Assembly: GCA_040275885.1 (NCBI GenBank) | Contig: JBEOKN010000068.1 | Span: 3,263 to 67,262, forward strand | Source of the DNA: Azonexus sp. | Lineage (GTDB): Bacteria; Pseudomonadota; Gammaproteobacteria; Burkholderiales; Rhodocyclaceae | Direction: 5' to 3' | DNA: 64,000 nucleotides | In this document: positions 1 to 8,122 of the stretch, piece after piece | Position numbering within the stretch: the stretch's first letter is position 1 | Layout of the letters: each line of letters starts with the position of its first letter | The notes under the pieces: model-generated | Told to the model about the DNA's origin: nothing | The model's database searches: none | The model's input: the letters and a program-made list of their open reading frames with translations, nothing else | Translations under genes and position numbers: made by a program

Positions 1-346
1 TCGGCCAGCCGGCGAAAAAGGCCAGCATATAGACGTAACCGTCGTAACCCTGTGTGTAGACCATGGCGGTCAGGCCGAGCAGCGTGGCTGCCGACATGTA
101 GTCGCCGGCAATCGCCAGGCCGTTCTGGAAACCGGTGATGCCGCCGCCCGCCGTATAGAAATCGGCGGTGGTCTTGGTCCGGCTGGCCGCCCAGTAGGTA
201 ATGCCCATCGTCAGCGTGACGAAGATGCAGAACATGATGATGGCGTGCCAGTTGGTCGCCTGCTTTTCGGTCGCGCCGACGGCGTCGGCCGCGATGGCAA
301 GAGCGGAAAATCCGAGCAACGCGAGCGCGGTGATGATCTTGTTCAT
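1..346 (-). CDS. actP: Cation/acetate symporter ActP (5' part; runs off the window edge)
   Basis: Manual translation from ATG at 346: [91 protein letters not shown]. This is the SSS-family ActP motif. The start overlaps the upstream DUF485 stop (TAATG). Confidence 0.93.
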   Translation of the reverse strand, partial: MNKIITALALLGFSALAIAADAVGATEKQATNWHAIIMFCIFVTLTMGITYWAASRTKTTADFYTAGGGITGFQNGLAIAGDYMSAATLLGLTAMVYTQGYDGYVYMLAFFAGWP

Positions 347-666
347 TATTTGTTGTCCTTCCAGGCGTCGCGGATGAGATCCTGGGTCAGCGCGTCGAAT
401 TCGTTGTTGGCGCGCCTGACGTAGACGGCGGTGAGAACCCAGAAAAAAATGAACATGAAGAGTTCGACGGCGACCCCAACGGTCAGCATCGATCCTTCGG
501 CAACCGGCCTGCCGAGAGCCGTCGGATTGAAAGCGATTGTCAGGACATAGCCGTAGAACATGGTCAAAACGATAATGGCCAGCGTCCACGCGAAACGCCC
601 CCGGCGCGTAACCAATTCGTGAAACTTCGGATTGGTCCGCATATGCTCATACATTGCACTGCTCAT
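346..666 (-). CDS. yjcH: DUF485 (YjcH-like) inner-membrane protein, ActP partner
   Basis: 106 aa with two TM segments ([16 protein letters not shown]...[10 protein letters not shown]); canonical position immediately upstream of actP. Confidence 0.9.
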   Translation of the reverse strand: MSSAMYEHMRTNPKFHELVTRRGRFAWTLAIIVLTMFYGYVLTIAFNPTALGRPVAEGSMLTVGVAVELFMFIFFWVLTAVYVRRANNEFDALTQDLIRDAWKDNK

Positions 667-708
667 GGTTACCCCCTTGTCTATCCATAGAGAATTTTTC
701 GGAGCGGC

Positions 709-714
709 ATTCTA
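709..714 (-). promoter_or_regulatory. Putative sigma70 -10 element (TAGAAT) of yjcH-actP
   Basis: TAGAAT on the minus strand about 42 nt upstream of the yjcH ATG. A GGGGG SD-like motif precedes the ATG. No clear -35. Confidence 0.4.
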
Positions 715-924
715 ACGTGAACAGGTCCGGATCTTTCATGACGCGAAAACATGGCTGTCCTGGCGCACTGGTTGGCTTGCTCAAGCTTGCCGGCACCGTT
801 GCGATGATGGAATTCGTGCTCGATGGCAGGATGCCATGGACCAACGACACCGGCAAAGAAGGCCTCGACACCAAGGGATACCGCGTACCTCGCCGCTCAC
901 CTTGTGAGATGCGCAAACCGGATT

Positions 925-1737
925 TCAGGGGGTGCTGAACAGACTCCACAACATCTTGGCGGCGAGAACGATGAGGATTCCTGCGAACAGGCGTTTCAAT
1001 GTCGCCACCGGGAGACGATGCGCCAACCGCGCACCAAACGGCGCGGTCACAATTGTCGCCATCACCAGAATCGCCAGTACCGGCAGGTACACGTAGCCGA
1101 GGCTGCCGGCCGGCAATCCGGTCTGTCCCCAGCCATTGAATACATAACCGAGCGTCCCGCCCAAGGCAATCGGCAGTCCGACCGCCGCGGAAGTGCCGAT
1201 CGCGCTCTGGACACGGACATTGCACCAGGTCAGAAAGGGAACTGTCAGCGAACCGCCACCGATGGCGACCAACGACGACAGCACGCCTATTCCCATCCCG
1301 ACACCGGCAATCCCCAGCGAACCCGGCAGTTCGCGTGTCGGCTTGGGTTTGAGGTTCAAGGCCATCTGCAAGGCAACGCCGCAGACGAAGAATGTGAAGA
1401 ACACGGCGAGCGGGCGGGCCGGCACACTCGAAGCGAACAAGGTACCAAGGCCGGTGCCGAGAAGTATCCCGGGCGTTATGGTCTTGACCACGTCCCAGAG
1501 GATCGCCCTGTGATTGTGGTGCGTCCGGATGCTGGCGATCGCGGTAAAGATGATGCTGGCCATCGAGGTTCCCAGCGCCATGTGCAGTGTTTCACCCGTG
1601 GGAAATTGACCCTGTGCGGCGAACATCAGAGTCAGCGCAGGGACCAGGACGAGCCCGCCGCCGATCCCCAGCATGCCTGCGAAGAAGCCGGCGAAGGCGC
1701 CCAGCGCAAGGTATTCCGCGATCCACAAGACAGTCAT
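925..1737 (-). CDS. Sulfite exporter TauE/SafE family protein
   Basis: LGAFAGFFAGMLGIGGG and second-half AIGGGSLTVP...AIGTSAA repeats, about 8 TM. Start trimmed to MTVLWIAEY (ATG 1737, GGAAGG upstream). Confidence 0.9.
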   Translation of the reverse strand: MTVLWIAEYLALGAFAGFFAGMLGIGGGLVLVPALTLMFAAQGQFPTGETLHMALGTSMASIIFTAIASIRTHHNHRAILWDVVKTITPGILLGTGLGTLFASSVPARPLAVFFTFFVCGVALQMALNLKPKPTRELPGSLGIAGVGMGIGVLSSLVAIGGGSLTVPFLTWCNVRVQSAIGTSAAVGLPIALGGTLGYVFNGWGQTGLPAGSLGYVYLPVLAILVMATIVTAPFGARLAHRLPVATLKRLFAGILIVLAAKMLWSLFSTP

Positions 1738-1926
1738 GCCAATACCTTCCGAAAGATGAAGCGCCCCTCTCCTTCCCCACCCGTTCCTTACACCTGGAAA
1801 GTCCGAGGGAAGGTGCATGTTAGCAAGCCCACGACCGCGGCAGAGGTCGGAATGGTTGGAATTCGCGACGAATTGTCCGTTGACCGCAACAGGCAGCGAT
1901 GATCCGTGTTCTGCATACCAGACTGC

Positions 1927-2574
1927 CTAGAGCGCGTCGGATTCAACAATCTTCACCCCGGGCTGGCCTTCCACAACGCCGCGAAGCAGCGCGGTGGCAA
2001 TCGCCTGCGGACTGACCGGGCGGTAACGGCTGGGCATCAGTGGGCGCAGGACATGGGCGAAGAACAGCCCGATCTGTTCGCCGTGGCGGACCTCACCGCG
2101 CCCGGTATCGATCAACGACGGACGGACGATGGTTGTGCTGGCGAATTCGAGATCGATGAAGCCCCGTTCGACTTCAGCCTTGGTCCGCAAATAAAAGCTC
2201 CCGCGCGCGCTGGCGCCAAGCGATGAGTTCAGCGCACAGCGCGTCGCACCGGCCTCGCGGGCCAGACGGGCGACGGCGATCGGCAGATCGCGGTCGATGG
2301 CGGCGAAGGCTGCCTGTGAACCCGCCACCTTGATCGTGGTGCCAAGGGTGCACACCACCGCATCGACCTTCCACCACGCGGAAACCTCCGGAAGCCGGGT
2401 GAAGTCGATGACTGGATTCAGAAGTTTCTCGTGCCCGGCAAATTCGCCACCCAGCGGTCGACGGGTCGGCACGACGATCTGCGCAATTCGCTTTTCGCCC
2501 AACGCCTGACGCAGCACAGCCTGACCTACCGCACCCGTCGCGCCCACCAGCAACAAGCCCAGCCCTCGGGACAT
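1927..2574 (-). CDS. Atypical NAD(P)-binding Rossmann oxidoreductase (YraR/TIP30-like)
   Basis: LLVGATGAVG dinucleotide motif, CTLGTTIKVAGS, FYLRTKAEVE, IVRPSLI. Start at MSRGLG overlaps the SDR stop (TGATG). Confidence 0.85.
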   Translation of the reverse strand: MSRGLGLLLVGATGAVGQAVLRQALGEKRIAQIVVPTRRPLGGEFAGHEKLLNPVIDFTRLPEVSAWWKVDAVVCTLGTTIKVAGSQAAFAAIDRDLPIAVARLAREAGATRCALNSSLGASARGSFYLRTKAEVERGFIDLEFASTTIVRPSLIDTGRGEVRHGEQIGLFFAHVLRPLMPSRYRPVSPQAIATALLRGVVEGQPGVKIVESDAL

Positions 2575-3371
2575 CAGCGCTTGAGCAGCTTGTAGGCCAG
2601 CCATGGGAAAAAGCTGCGCGGCAGCACTCGGTTGGAGAAGGCTGTCGCCTGATTGGGCAGGCCCGGGACTACTGAAGGACGGCCCGCATCCAGTGCCCTG
2701 AGCCCGATCTCGGCCACCGGCCGGCTCTCCATCAACAGCACGTCGGGCAATGGCGTGGTCTTCTGCCCGGAAACGGCAAGGAAGTTCGTGGCCGTGACCC
2801 CCGGGCAGAGGACGGTGACGACAACGCCGCGATCCTTCAGCTCCTCATGCAACGCTTCCCCAAAGCTCAATACATAGGCCTTGCTCGCCGCGTATCCGGC
2901 GTACATCGGCAGCGGCTGGAACCCGCCCAGCGAGCCGACCAGCAGAATCTTGCCCGAACCACGTTTGACCATATCGGCGGCAAAAACATGGGTGAGTTCG
3001 GTCAACGCCATGACGTTGAGCTGAAGCATGTTGAGTGCGCTGTCCAGCGGTTGGTCAACGAAATCGCCGAAAACGCCAAAGCCAGCGTTGTTGATCAGGA
3101 TGTCGATGGTGACGCGCTTGGCCCTTACCTTGGCGTGCAGTTCCGCGCCGACACCGGGACGAGCCAAGTCCATCGCGATCACATGGCAGTGCGTGTCATG
3201 CGACCGTTTGAGTTTGCCAGCGAGTGCCCGCATCGGCTCGGCCCTGCGCGCAACCAGCACCAGATTGGCGCCGCGCGCCGCGAGCAGGTGCGCGAAGTCA
3301 ATGCCGAATCCGCTGGAAGCACCGGTAACCAGCGCCCACTTGCCCTGCAGGTCCGCTACGCCGCCCTTCAT
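2574..3371 (-). CDS. Classical SDR oxidoreductase (DltE/YqjQ-like)
   Basis: TGASSGFG, LINNAGFG, catalytic YAASK, LCPGVTAT. Confidence 0.9.
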   Translation of the reverse strand: MKGGVADLQGKWALVTGASSGFGIDFAHLLAARGANLVLVARRAEPMRALAGKLKRSHDTHCHVIAMDLARPGVGAELHAKVRAKRVTIDILINNAGFGVFGDFVDQPLDSALNMLQLNVMALTELTHVFAADMVKRGSGKILLVGSLGGFQPLPMYAGYAASKAYVLSFGEALHEELKDRGVVVTVLCPGVTATNFLAVSGQKTTPLPDVLLMESRPVAEIGLRALDAGRPSVVPGLPNQATAFSNRVLPRSFFPWLAYKLLKR

Positions 3372-3378
3372 CGTCGCG

Positions 3379-5085
3379 TCATTCCTCGGACGTGATGGCT
3401 GCCTTGGACACTCGCGTTCTCTTGACCGGGGGCGCTATTCTGCCCTCGTCCGCGCTTGCCTCGGTACTCGCCGGCTTTTTCCTGGCACGCGGCGCAGCGC
3501 TCGCGGTCGCCTCGACCACGGTTTTCCCGACTGCCCGCGGACGTCTTGCAGCGCTTGGCTCTGGCTTGTCCGCTACGGTGCGTCGAGCCTCGACCTTGAC
3601 GGACCTTCTGCCCCGTGCAATCGCTGCGGCCAGCAGTTCGGCGAAGCTCTCCTTGAGACAATCGCAGAACTCTTCCGGGTCGGGAAGCATGTCGCGGCAG
3701 GCAACGAAGCAGACCCACAAAGTGCCGTTGTAGCTGAACCCGGTCACATTGAGCCCGATCCCGTCGAAGGCTATCGATACGGCAAGGAACAGTTCCAGTT
3801 GCGACCCGGCCATATACAGCGGAACGTCAGGCCCGCGTACGTTGGATACTGTCACGTTGCACATCGCAACAATTCCGAGTCGCACCAGTTGCTCGGCCGC
3901 CACTGCAGGAATCACGTGTACCAGCCTCGCCACCAGATCCTTGCCCAATGCCGAAGTCGCCGCCTTGGTCTTGCTGGTGCCGCGCCTGATCGCCAAGACA
4001 CGCTCGACGGGATCGGCGATGTCGGTGCGCAACGCCATCGGCGCCATGCCGATCTGGTTGCCGGAATCCATTGCCTTGTCGGTACCGCGGGTCGACATCG
4101 GCACCATGGCGTTGAGCGTGCGCGCCGGCAACTCACCCTTCCGTTCGAGATACTTGCGGATCGCGCCGCCGGTTGCCGCCATGAATATGTCGTTGATTGT
4201 AATGTCGTCGATGTGCTCGCGAATCGTCTTGCACTCAGCCAGGGAAAATCCCACCGCGTCTACCACGCGGTGCGGCGATACCGGATGGTCGAAACGCGTC
4301 TGGGGCTTGCGGCCAGCCATGTCGCCCGGCGTCTTCAAGCTGCCGGCCCCGGCACTGCCGCCGAAGCGCTTGGCGATCAGTTTCTGGGCTATCTCGAGTG
4401 CCTTGCCCGAAGCCACGATGTCCTTGCCGGCCAGCGCCGCGCGCCCCCCCAGACTTGCGGCCAGCCGGACCCCATCGAAAATCTGTTGGGCGCGGTTGCC
4501 AACCGCACGCGAGCACAGTTCGACAGCGGATGGCTCACGGTCCACAAACCGGGTGTGGCCGACGGGAGATGGCTCCTCCGAAAATTCCGCCGACAAGCTG
4601 TGGATGGCCTTGATGATCTCGGCACCTGCCTCACCGTCAACGCCGGCGTGATGAAACTTGACGTAAAGCGCGAAACTTCCCTTGGCGATGCCGGGAATAT
4701 GGTCCAGCCCCTCGATGACGTAGGCCTCCCAGAGTGGACGGCTGCGGTCGAGGGGGCGGGAATGGATGCGGGCCACCTGGATCATTAATTGCCGCCAGTC
4801 ACCCGGCTGTGGCAGTGCGGTGTGACGGACGTGGTATTCCGTATCGATATCGCCCTCGTCAATCCAATAGGGCCGGTCGAGTCCAAGCGGCGCGACTACC
4901 AGTCGGCGACGAAAGACCTTGGCGCTGTCCAGTCGCCTGGCGAAGAAATCCAGGATCTGTTTGAAGCGGACCTTGCCGCCAGGTGCGGTCGACGGATCGT
5001 AGATACCCAATCCGGCAACGTGCATGTATTGGTTACCCTGCTCCATGTGCAGAAACAGGCTGTCCATCCCCGAGAGCAATTTCAT
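3379..5085 (-). CDS. Wax ester synthase/diacylglycerol acyltransferase (WS/DGAT, AtfA-like) with a basic C-terminal extension
   Basis: N-terminal LSGMDSLFLHME...MHVAGLGIYDP; PLDRSRPLWEAYVIEGL; catalytic HHAGVDG (HHxxxDG); TINDIF; NVTVSNVRGPDVPLYMAG. Confidence 0.93.
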   Translation of the reverse strand: MKLLSGMDSLFLHMEQGNQYMHVAGLGIYDPSTAPGGKVRFKQILDFFARRLDSAKVFRRRLVVAPLGLDRPYWIDEGDIDTEYHVRHTALPQPGDWRQLMIQVARIHSRPLDRSRPLWEAYVIEGLDHIPGIAKGSFALYVKFHHAGVDGEAGAEIIKAIHSLSAEFSEEPSPVGHTRFVDREPSAVELCSRAVGNRAQQIFDGVRLAASLGGRAALAGKDIVASGKALEIAQKLIAKRFGGSAGAGSLKTPGDMAGRKPQTRFDHPVSPHRVVDAVGFSLAECKTIREHIDDITINDIFMAATGGAIRKYLERKGELPARTLNAMVPMSTRGTDKAMDSGNQIGMAPMALRTDIADPVERVLAIRRGTSKTKAATSALGKDLVARLVHVIPAVAAEQLVRLGIVAMCNVTVSNVRGPDVPLYMAGSQLELFLAVSIAFDGIGLNVTGFSYNGTLWVCFVACRDMLPDPEEFCDCLKESFAELLAAAIARGRRSVKVEARRTVADKPEPSAARRPRAVGKTVVEATASAAPRARKKPASTEASADEGRIAPPVKRTRVSKAAITSEE

Positions 5086-5106
5086 TTCAACCCCTCTTGA
5101 AGAGTG

Positions 5107-5284
5107 GCCCCCGCGAGTGCCGTCAGGCCGGCATCCTGAACCTGGGTCCAGAGTGGCTGCATTCCTCCCGCATCAGGCACCCTCGAAGAAGAGGGCGCAC
5201 AACAGCGATTTCGATGGTCCGCAACCGATGCCAATTAGCATTGGTTCAAGGAATCTATGGCCTTAACAAACACCGCAGGGACGC
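5107..5284 (-). ncRNA. ssrS: 6S RNA
   Basis: Directly downstream of zapA. 5' GCGTCCCTGCGGTGTT pairs with 3' GGCACTCGCGGGGGC. Internal TTCCTTGAACCAA and GACCCAGGTTCAGGATGCCGGCCT segments are typical of proteobacterial 6S; about 180 nt. Ends approximate. Confidence 0.85.
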
Positions 5285-5317
5285 TCGGCGGGCGGCGCCG
5301 GGTTCACCAGCAAATGA

Positions 5318-5656
5318 CTAGAAGTCCAGTTGCTGCTGGGGCGCAAGCACGGTACCAATCCGTGCTCCCATGTTCACGATTCTACGCTTCGCGTCGGTGG
5401 TATCAACCGCGTAGTCAATTTCTTTTTTCTGACCGACTGCACCAGGGGCGGCAAGGTATTCGTGGGCGATGTTGAGGGCGGCCATGACCGCCACGCGCTC
5501 GGCGATAGTGCTCTTGGTCCGTTGGGCGATTTCGCGCATCTTGTTGTCGACAAGATCGACTGCCGCCAGCAGGCCATCGCGCTCTTCCGGCGTACACGCC
5601 ACGCGGTATTCGCGGCCCATGATCTTGACGTCGAGGAAATTCTGCTGGGTGCTCAT
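5318..5656 (-). CDS. zapA: Cell division protein ZapA
   Basis: LDVKIMGREYRVACTPEERDGLLAAVDLVDNKMREI...ERVAVMAALNIAHE. Alternative start at 5665. Confidence 0.92.
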   Translation of the reverse strand: MSTQQNFLDVKIMGREYRVACTPEERDGLLAAVDLVDNKMREIAQRTKSTIAERVAVMAALNIAHEYLAAPGAVGQKKEIDYAVDTTDAKRRIVNMGARIGTVLAPQQQLDF

Positions 5657-5657
5657 T

Positions 5658-5855
5658 TCAGACATTCTCGGGCAACTTGCCGATCAGGCTCTCAAGGCGC
5701 TCGCGGGCGGCCGTCATCGACTGGCGCATCTGCAGGCGCTCTGCCTCGGCCTCCTCTATCTGATTTCTCAGCACTTCATTCTCGGCACGCAACTGGAGAA
5801 CCAAGTCGACCACCTGTTCAATCTTTCCTTCAAGCTCTTCAAGTTGCGCATTCAT
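5658..5855 (-). CDS. Small coiled-coil protein, ZapB-like (TIGR02449-like)
   Basis: 65-aa heptad pattern LEELEGKIEQVVDLVLQLRAENEVLRNQI; conserved position upstream of zapA. Confidence 0.8.
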   Translation of the reverse strand: MNAQLEELEGKIEQVVDLVLQLRAENEVLRNQIEEAEAERLQMRQSMTAARERLESLIGKLPENV

Positions 5856-5862
5856 GACATGA

Positions 5863-5892
5863 ACTATAGTGGCAAGAACAGTGCATGGTCAA
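5863..5892 (-). promoter_or_regulatory. Sigma70 promoter of zapB-like/zapA/ssrS (TTGACC-N18-TATAGT)
   Basis: -35 at 5892-5887 and -10 at 5868-5863, only 7 nt before the ATG at 5855. Confidence 0.65.
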
Positions 5893-5968
5893 GGAGTAAG
5901 CCGTTATTCTGAAAGTGGTTTGTCCAAACCGAACACAATTTCCTGATGCAACGCAGCATCGCGGGATG

Positions 5969-5974
5969 TAGAAT
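5969..5974 (+). promoter_or_regulatory. Putative -10 element (TAGAAT) of the riboswitch-btuB transcript
   Basis: TAGAAT about 7 nt before the apparent start of the riboswitch. Confidence 0.45.
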
Positions 5975-5979
5975 GCGCC

Positions 5980-6165
5980 CCGTAGCAGGTGCTGCGGAAG
6001 GATTCTCCAACCGCGGTTAAACGGGAAAGCGGTGCGTCCCCTCGGACAACGCCGCTGCTGCCCCCGCAACGGTAAGCAAGTGCGGGCGCGCCACGATGCC
6101 ACTGGGTTTCGACCTGGGAAGGCGGCGCGTCAAGACTTGCGAGCCCGGATACCGGCCTGAGACAA
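5980..6165 (+). promoter_or_regulatory. Cobalamin (AdoCbl-class) riboswitch
   Basis: AGGTGC...GTTAAACGGGAAAGCGGTGCG...GCCGCTGCTGCCCCCGCAACGGTAAG, B12-box GCCACTGGG...GGGAAGGC, and GAGCCCGGATACCGGCC; lies upstream of btuB. Confidence 0.93.
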
Positions 6166-6280
6166 CCAGCGGAAGTGCCACGGGGGTGTGGCGCCGGTCT
6201 CCGACCTGCGCTCATTCTCCCGATGCTTCCTTGTTCAGTCATACCGGCATGCGGGGACGCCTGCCGGGAAGGGGAGAAGA

Positions 6281-8116
6281 ATGAATCCACGTTTCAAGCC
6301 GCTAACCGCGGCGCTTTCCATTGCATTCCTCGCGCCGGCCCACGCCGGGGAAATCCTCGATCCCGTCGTGGTCACCGCAACCCGCCAGCCGGTACGCGAA
6401 TCCCAGTTGCTGTCGGACGTCACCGTCGTCGAACGGGCCGATCTCGAAGTCGCCGGCCAGTCGACGCTGGCGGAAGTGCTGTCCCGCCAGCCGGGCCTGC
6501 AATTGTCGGTCAATGGCAGCAAGGGCGCCACAACCAGCCTGTTCATGCGCGGCTCGAACAGCAACCAGGTCCTCGTGCTGATCGACGGCGTCCGCGCCGG
6601 CTCGGCGACCACCGGCAGCGCGGCGTGGTCGCGCATCCCGGTAAGCCAGATCGAGCGTATCGAGATCCTGCGCGGTGCCGCCTCGTCGCTCTACGGGGCG
6701 GATGCGATCGGCGGCGTCATCCAGATCTTCACGCGCAGCGGCCAGGGACCCTTCAAGCTGTTCGGCGAGATCGGCGGCGGTTCCCGCAACACCTTCATGG
6801 CGAACGCCGGCTTTTCCGGCAGCAGCGAAGGCTGGAGCTACGCACTGAACGTGGCGAGCGAATACACGCGGGGTTTCAACAGCATCTCCAATCCGCGCAA
6901 CACTTCATACAACGCGGATGACGACGGTTTCCGGCAGAACAGCGTGAGCGGCAAACTGGCCTACGAGTTCGTCAAGGGGCACGAGTTTGGCGCCAGCGTC
7001 CTCTACAGCGACGGCGAGAACAAGTACGACAGCGGCTTCACGCCCGCCACCGCGGCCCGCGATTATCGCAGCGACCAGTCGGTAGCTTCGTTCAACGCCT
7101 ACCTGCGGGATGCGTTCACTCCTTACTGGACCAGCACCATGCGCGCCGGCCAGTCGGTCGATGATGCCCGGCAGTTCGAGAATCATGTGCGCACCAGCAC
7201 GTTCCGCACGCGCCAGACACAGTACGTCTGGCAGAACGACTTCACCACCGGGATCGGTAATTTCCTCGCTGCGCTCGAGCGGCTCGAGCAGGGCATCGAC
7301 GGCACCACGACCTACAATACTGCCGAACGGAGCATCAATTCGGCCCTTGCCGGGTGGACCGGGAAGTACGAGGCACATCATCTGCAGGCCAACGTCCGCA
7401 TCGACGACAATTCGCAGTTCGGCGACAAGACCACAGGCTCGGTCGCCTACGGCTATCAGTTCACCCCCAACTGGCGGGCCAACGCCGGCTACGGCACCGC
7501 CTTCAAGGCGCCCACGTTCAACGAACTCTATTTCCCCGGCTTTGGCAATCCAGCCCTTAAACCGGAAACCTCGCACACGACGGAAGCAACCGTTCACTTC
7601 GAGACCGGCCTGCACCATGTCTCGCTGACCGCCTATCGCAACAATGTGGACGACCTGATCGTGACCGTCGGCCCGATCGGCCCCAACTTCATCTTCCGGC
7701 CGGAGAATGTGGGCAGGGCCCAGATCACGGGGGCGACCCTGGCCTACGACGGGCGGATCGAAAGCTTCAACCTGATGGCCAATTACGACTACCTCGACCC
7801 GCGCAACGAAGATACCGGCAAGCTGCTGCCGCGGCGGGCGAAGCAGTACGGCACGGTGGCGGTCGGCCAGCAGTTGGCGCCGTTCGAGTGGCGCGTCGAG
7901 ATGCAGGCCAGCGATTACCGCTACGACAACGTCGCCAATACGCGCAAGCTGGCTGGCTATGCCATCTTCAACCTGTACGGCGCCTATCAGCTGGGGGGCG
8001 GCTGGTCGGCCTTCGCCCGCATCAACAACCTGTTCGACCGCGATTACGAAACCGCCGCCGACTACGCGACAACCGGCCTCAACGCCTTCGTCGGATTGCG
8101 CTACACACCGCAGTAA
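6281..8116 (+). CDS. btuB: TonB-dependent vitamin B12 receptor BtuB
   Basis: Signal peptide, TonB box (DPVVVTATR), plug motif RIEILRGAASSLYGADAIGGVIQIFT, C-terminal beta-strand; riboswitch upstream. Start trimmed to MNPRFKPL (SD GGGGAG). Confidence 0.92.
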   Translation: MNPRFKPLTAALSIAFLAPAHAGEILDPVVVTATRQPVRESQLLSDVTVVERADLEVAGQSTLAEVLSRQPGLQLSVNGSKGATTSLFMRGSNSNQVLVLIDGVRAGSATTGSAAWSRIPVSQIERIEILRGAASSLYGADAIGGVIQIFTRSGQGPFKLFGEIGGGSRNTFMANAGFSGSSEGWSYALNVASEYTRGFNSISNPRNTSYNADDDGFRQNSVSGKLAYEFVKGHEFGASVLYSDGENKYDSGFTPATAARDYRSDQSVASFNAYLRDAFTPYWTSTMRAGQSVDDARQFENHVRTSTFRTRQTQYVWQNDFTTGIGNFLAALERLEQGIDGTTTYNTAERSINSALAGWTGKYEAHHLQANVRIDDNSQFGDKTTGSVAYGYQFTPNWRANAGYGTAFKAPTFNELYFPGFGNPALKPETSHTTEATVHFETGLHHVSLTAYRNNVDDLIVTVGPIGPNFIFRPENVGRAQITGATLAYDGRIESFNLMANYDYLDPRNEDTGKLLPRRAKQYGTVAVGQQLAPFEWRVEMQASDYRYDNVANTRKLAGYAIFNLYGAYQLGGGWSAFARINNLFDRDYETAADYATTGLNAFVGLRYTPQ

Positions 8117-8122
8117 GCAGCG

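Noticed and set aside
654-938. 94-aa plus-strand ORF in the yjcH-tauE gap (and 647..1225 minus)
   Set aside because: No recognisable motif, overlaps the actP-operon promoter region and the ends of both neighbours; likely spurious.
1738-1926. Possible remnant of an EVE-domain gene or a duplicated ssrS 3' end marking cassette insertion
   Set aside because: No convincing direct repeat of the 6S 3' end and only vague peptide similarity; no scar can be claimed.
3028-4788. Long plus-strand ORFs antisense to SDR and WS/DGAT
   Set aside because: Shadow ORFs typical of high-GC coding DNA; Ser/Arg/Ala-rich nonsense composition.
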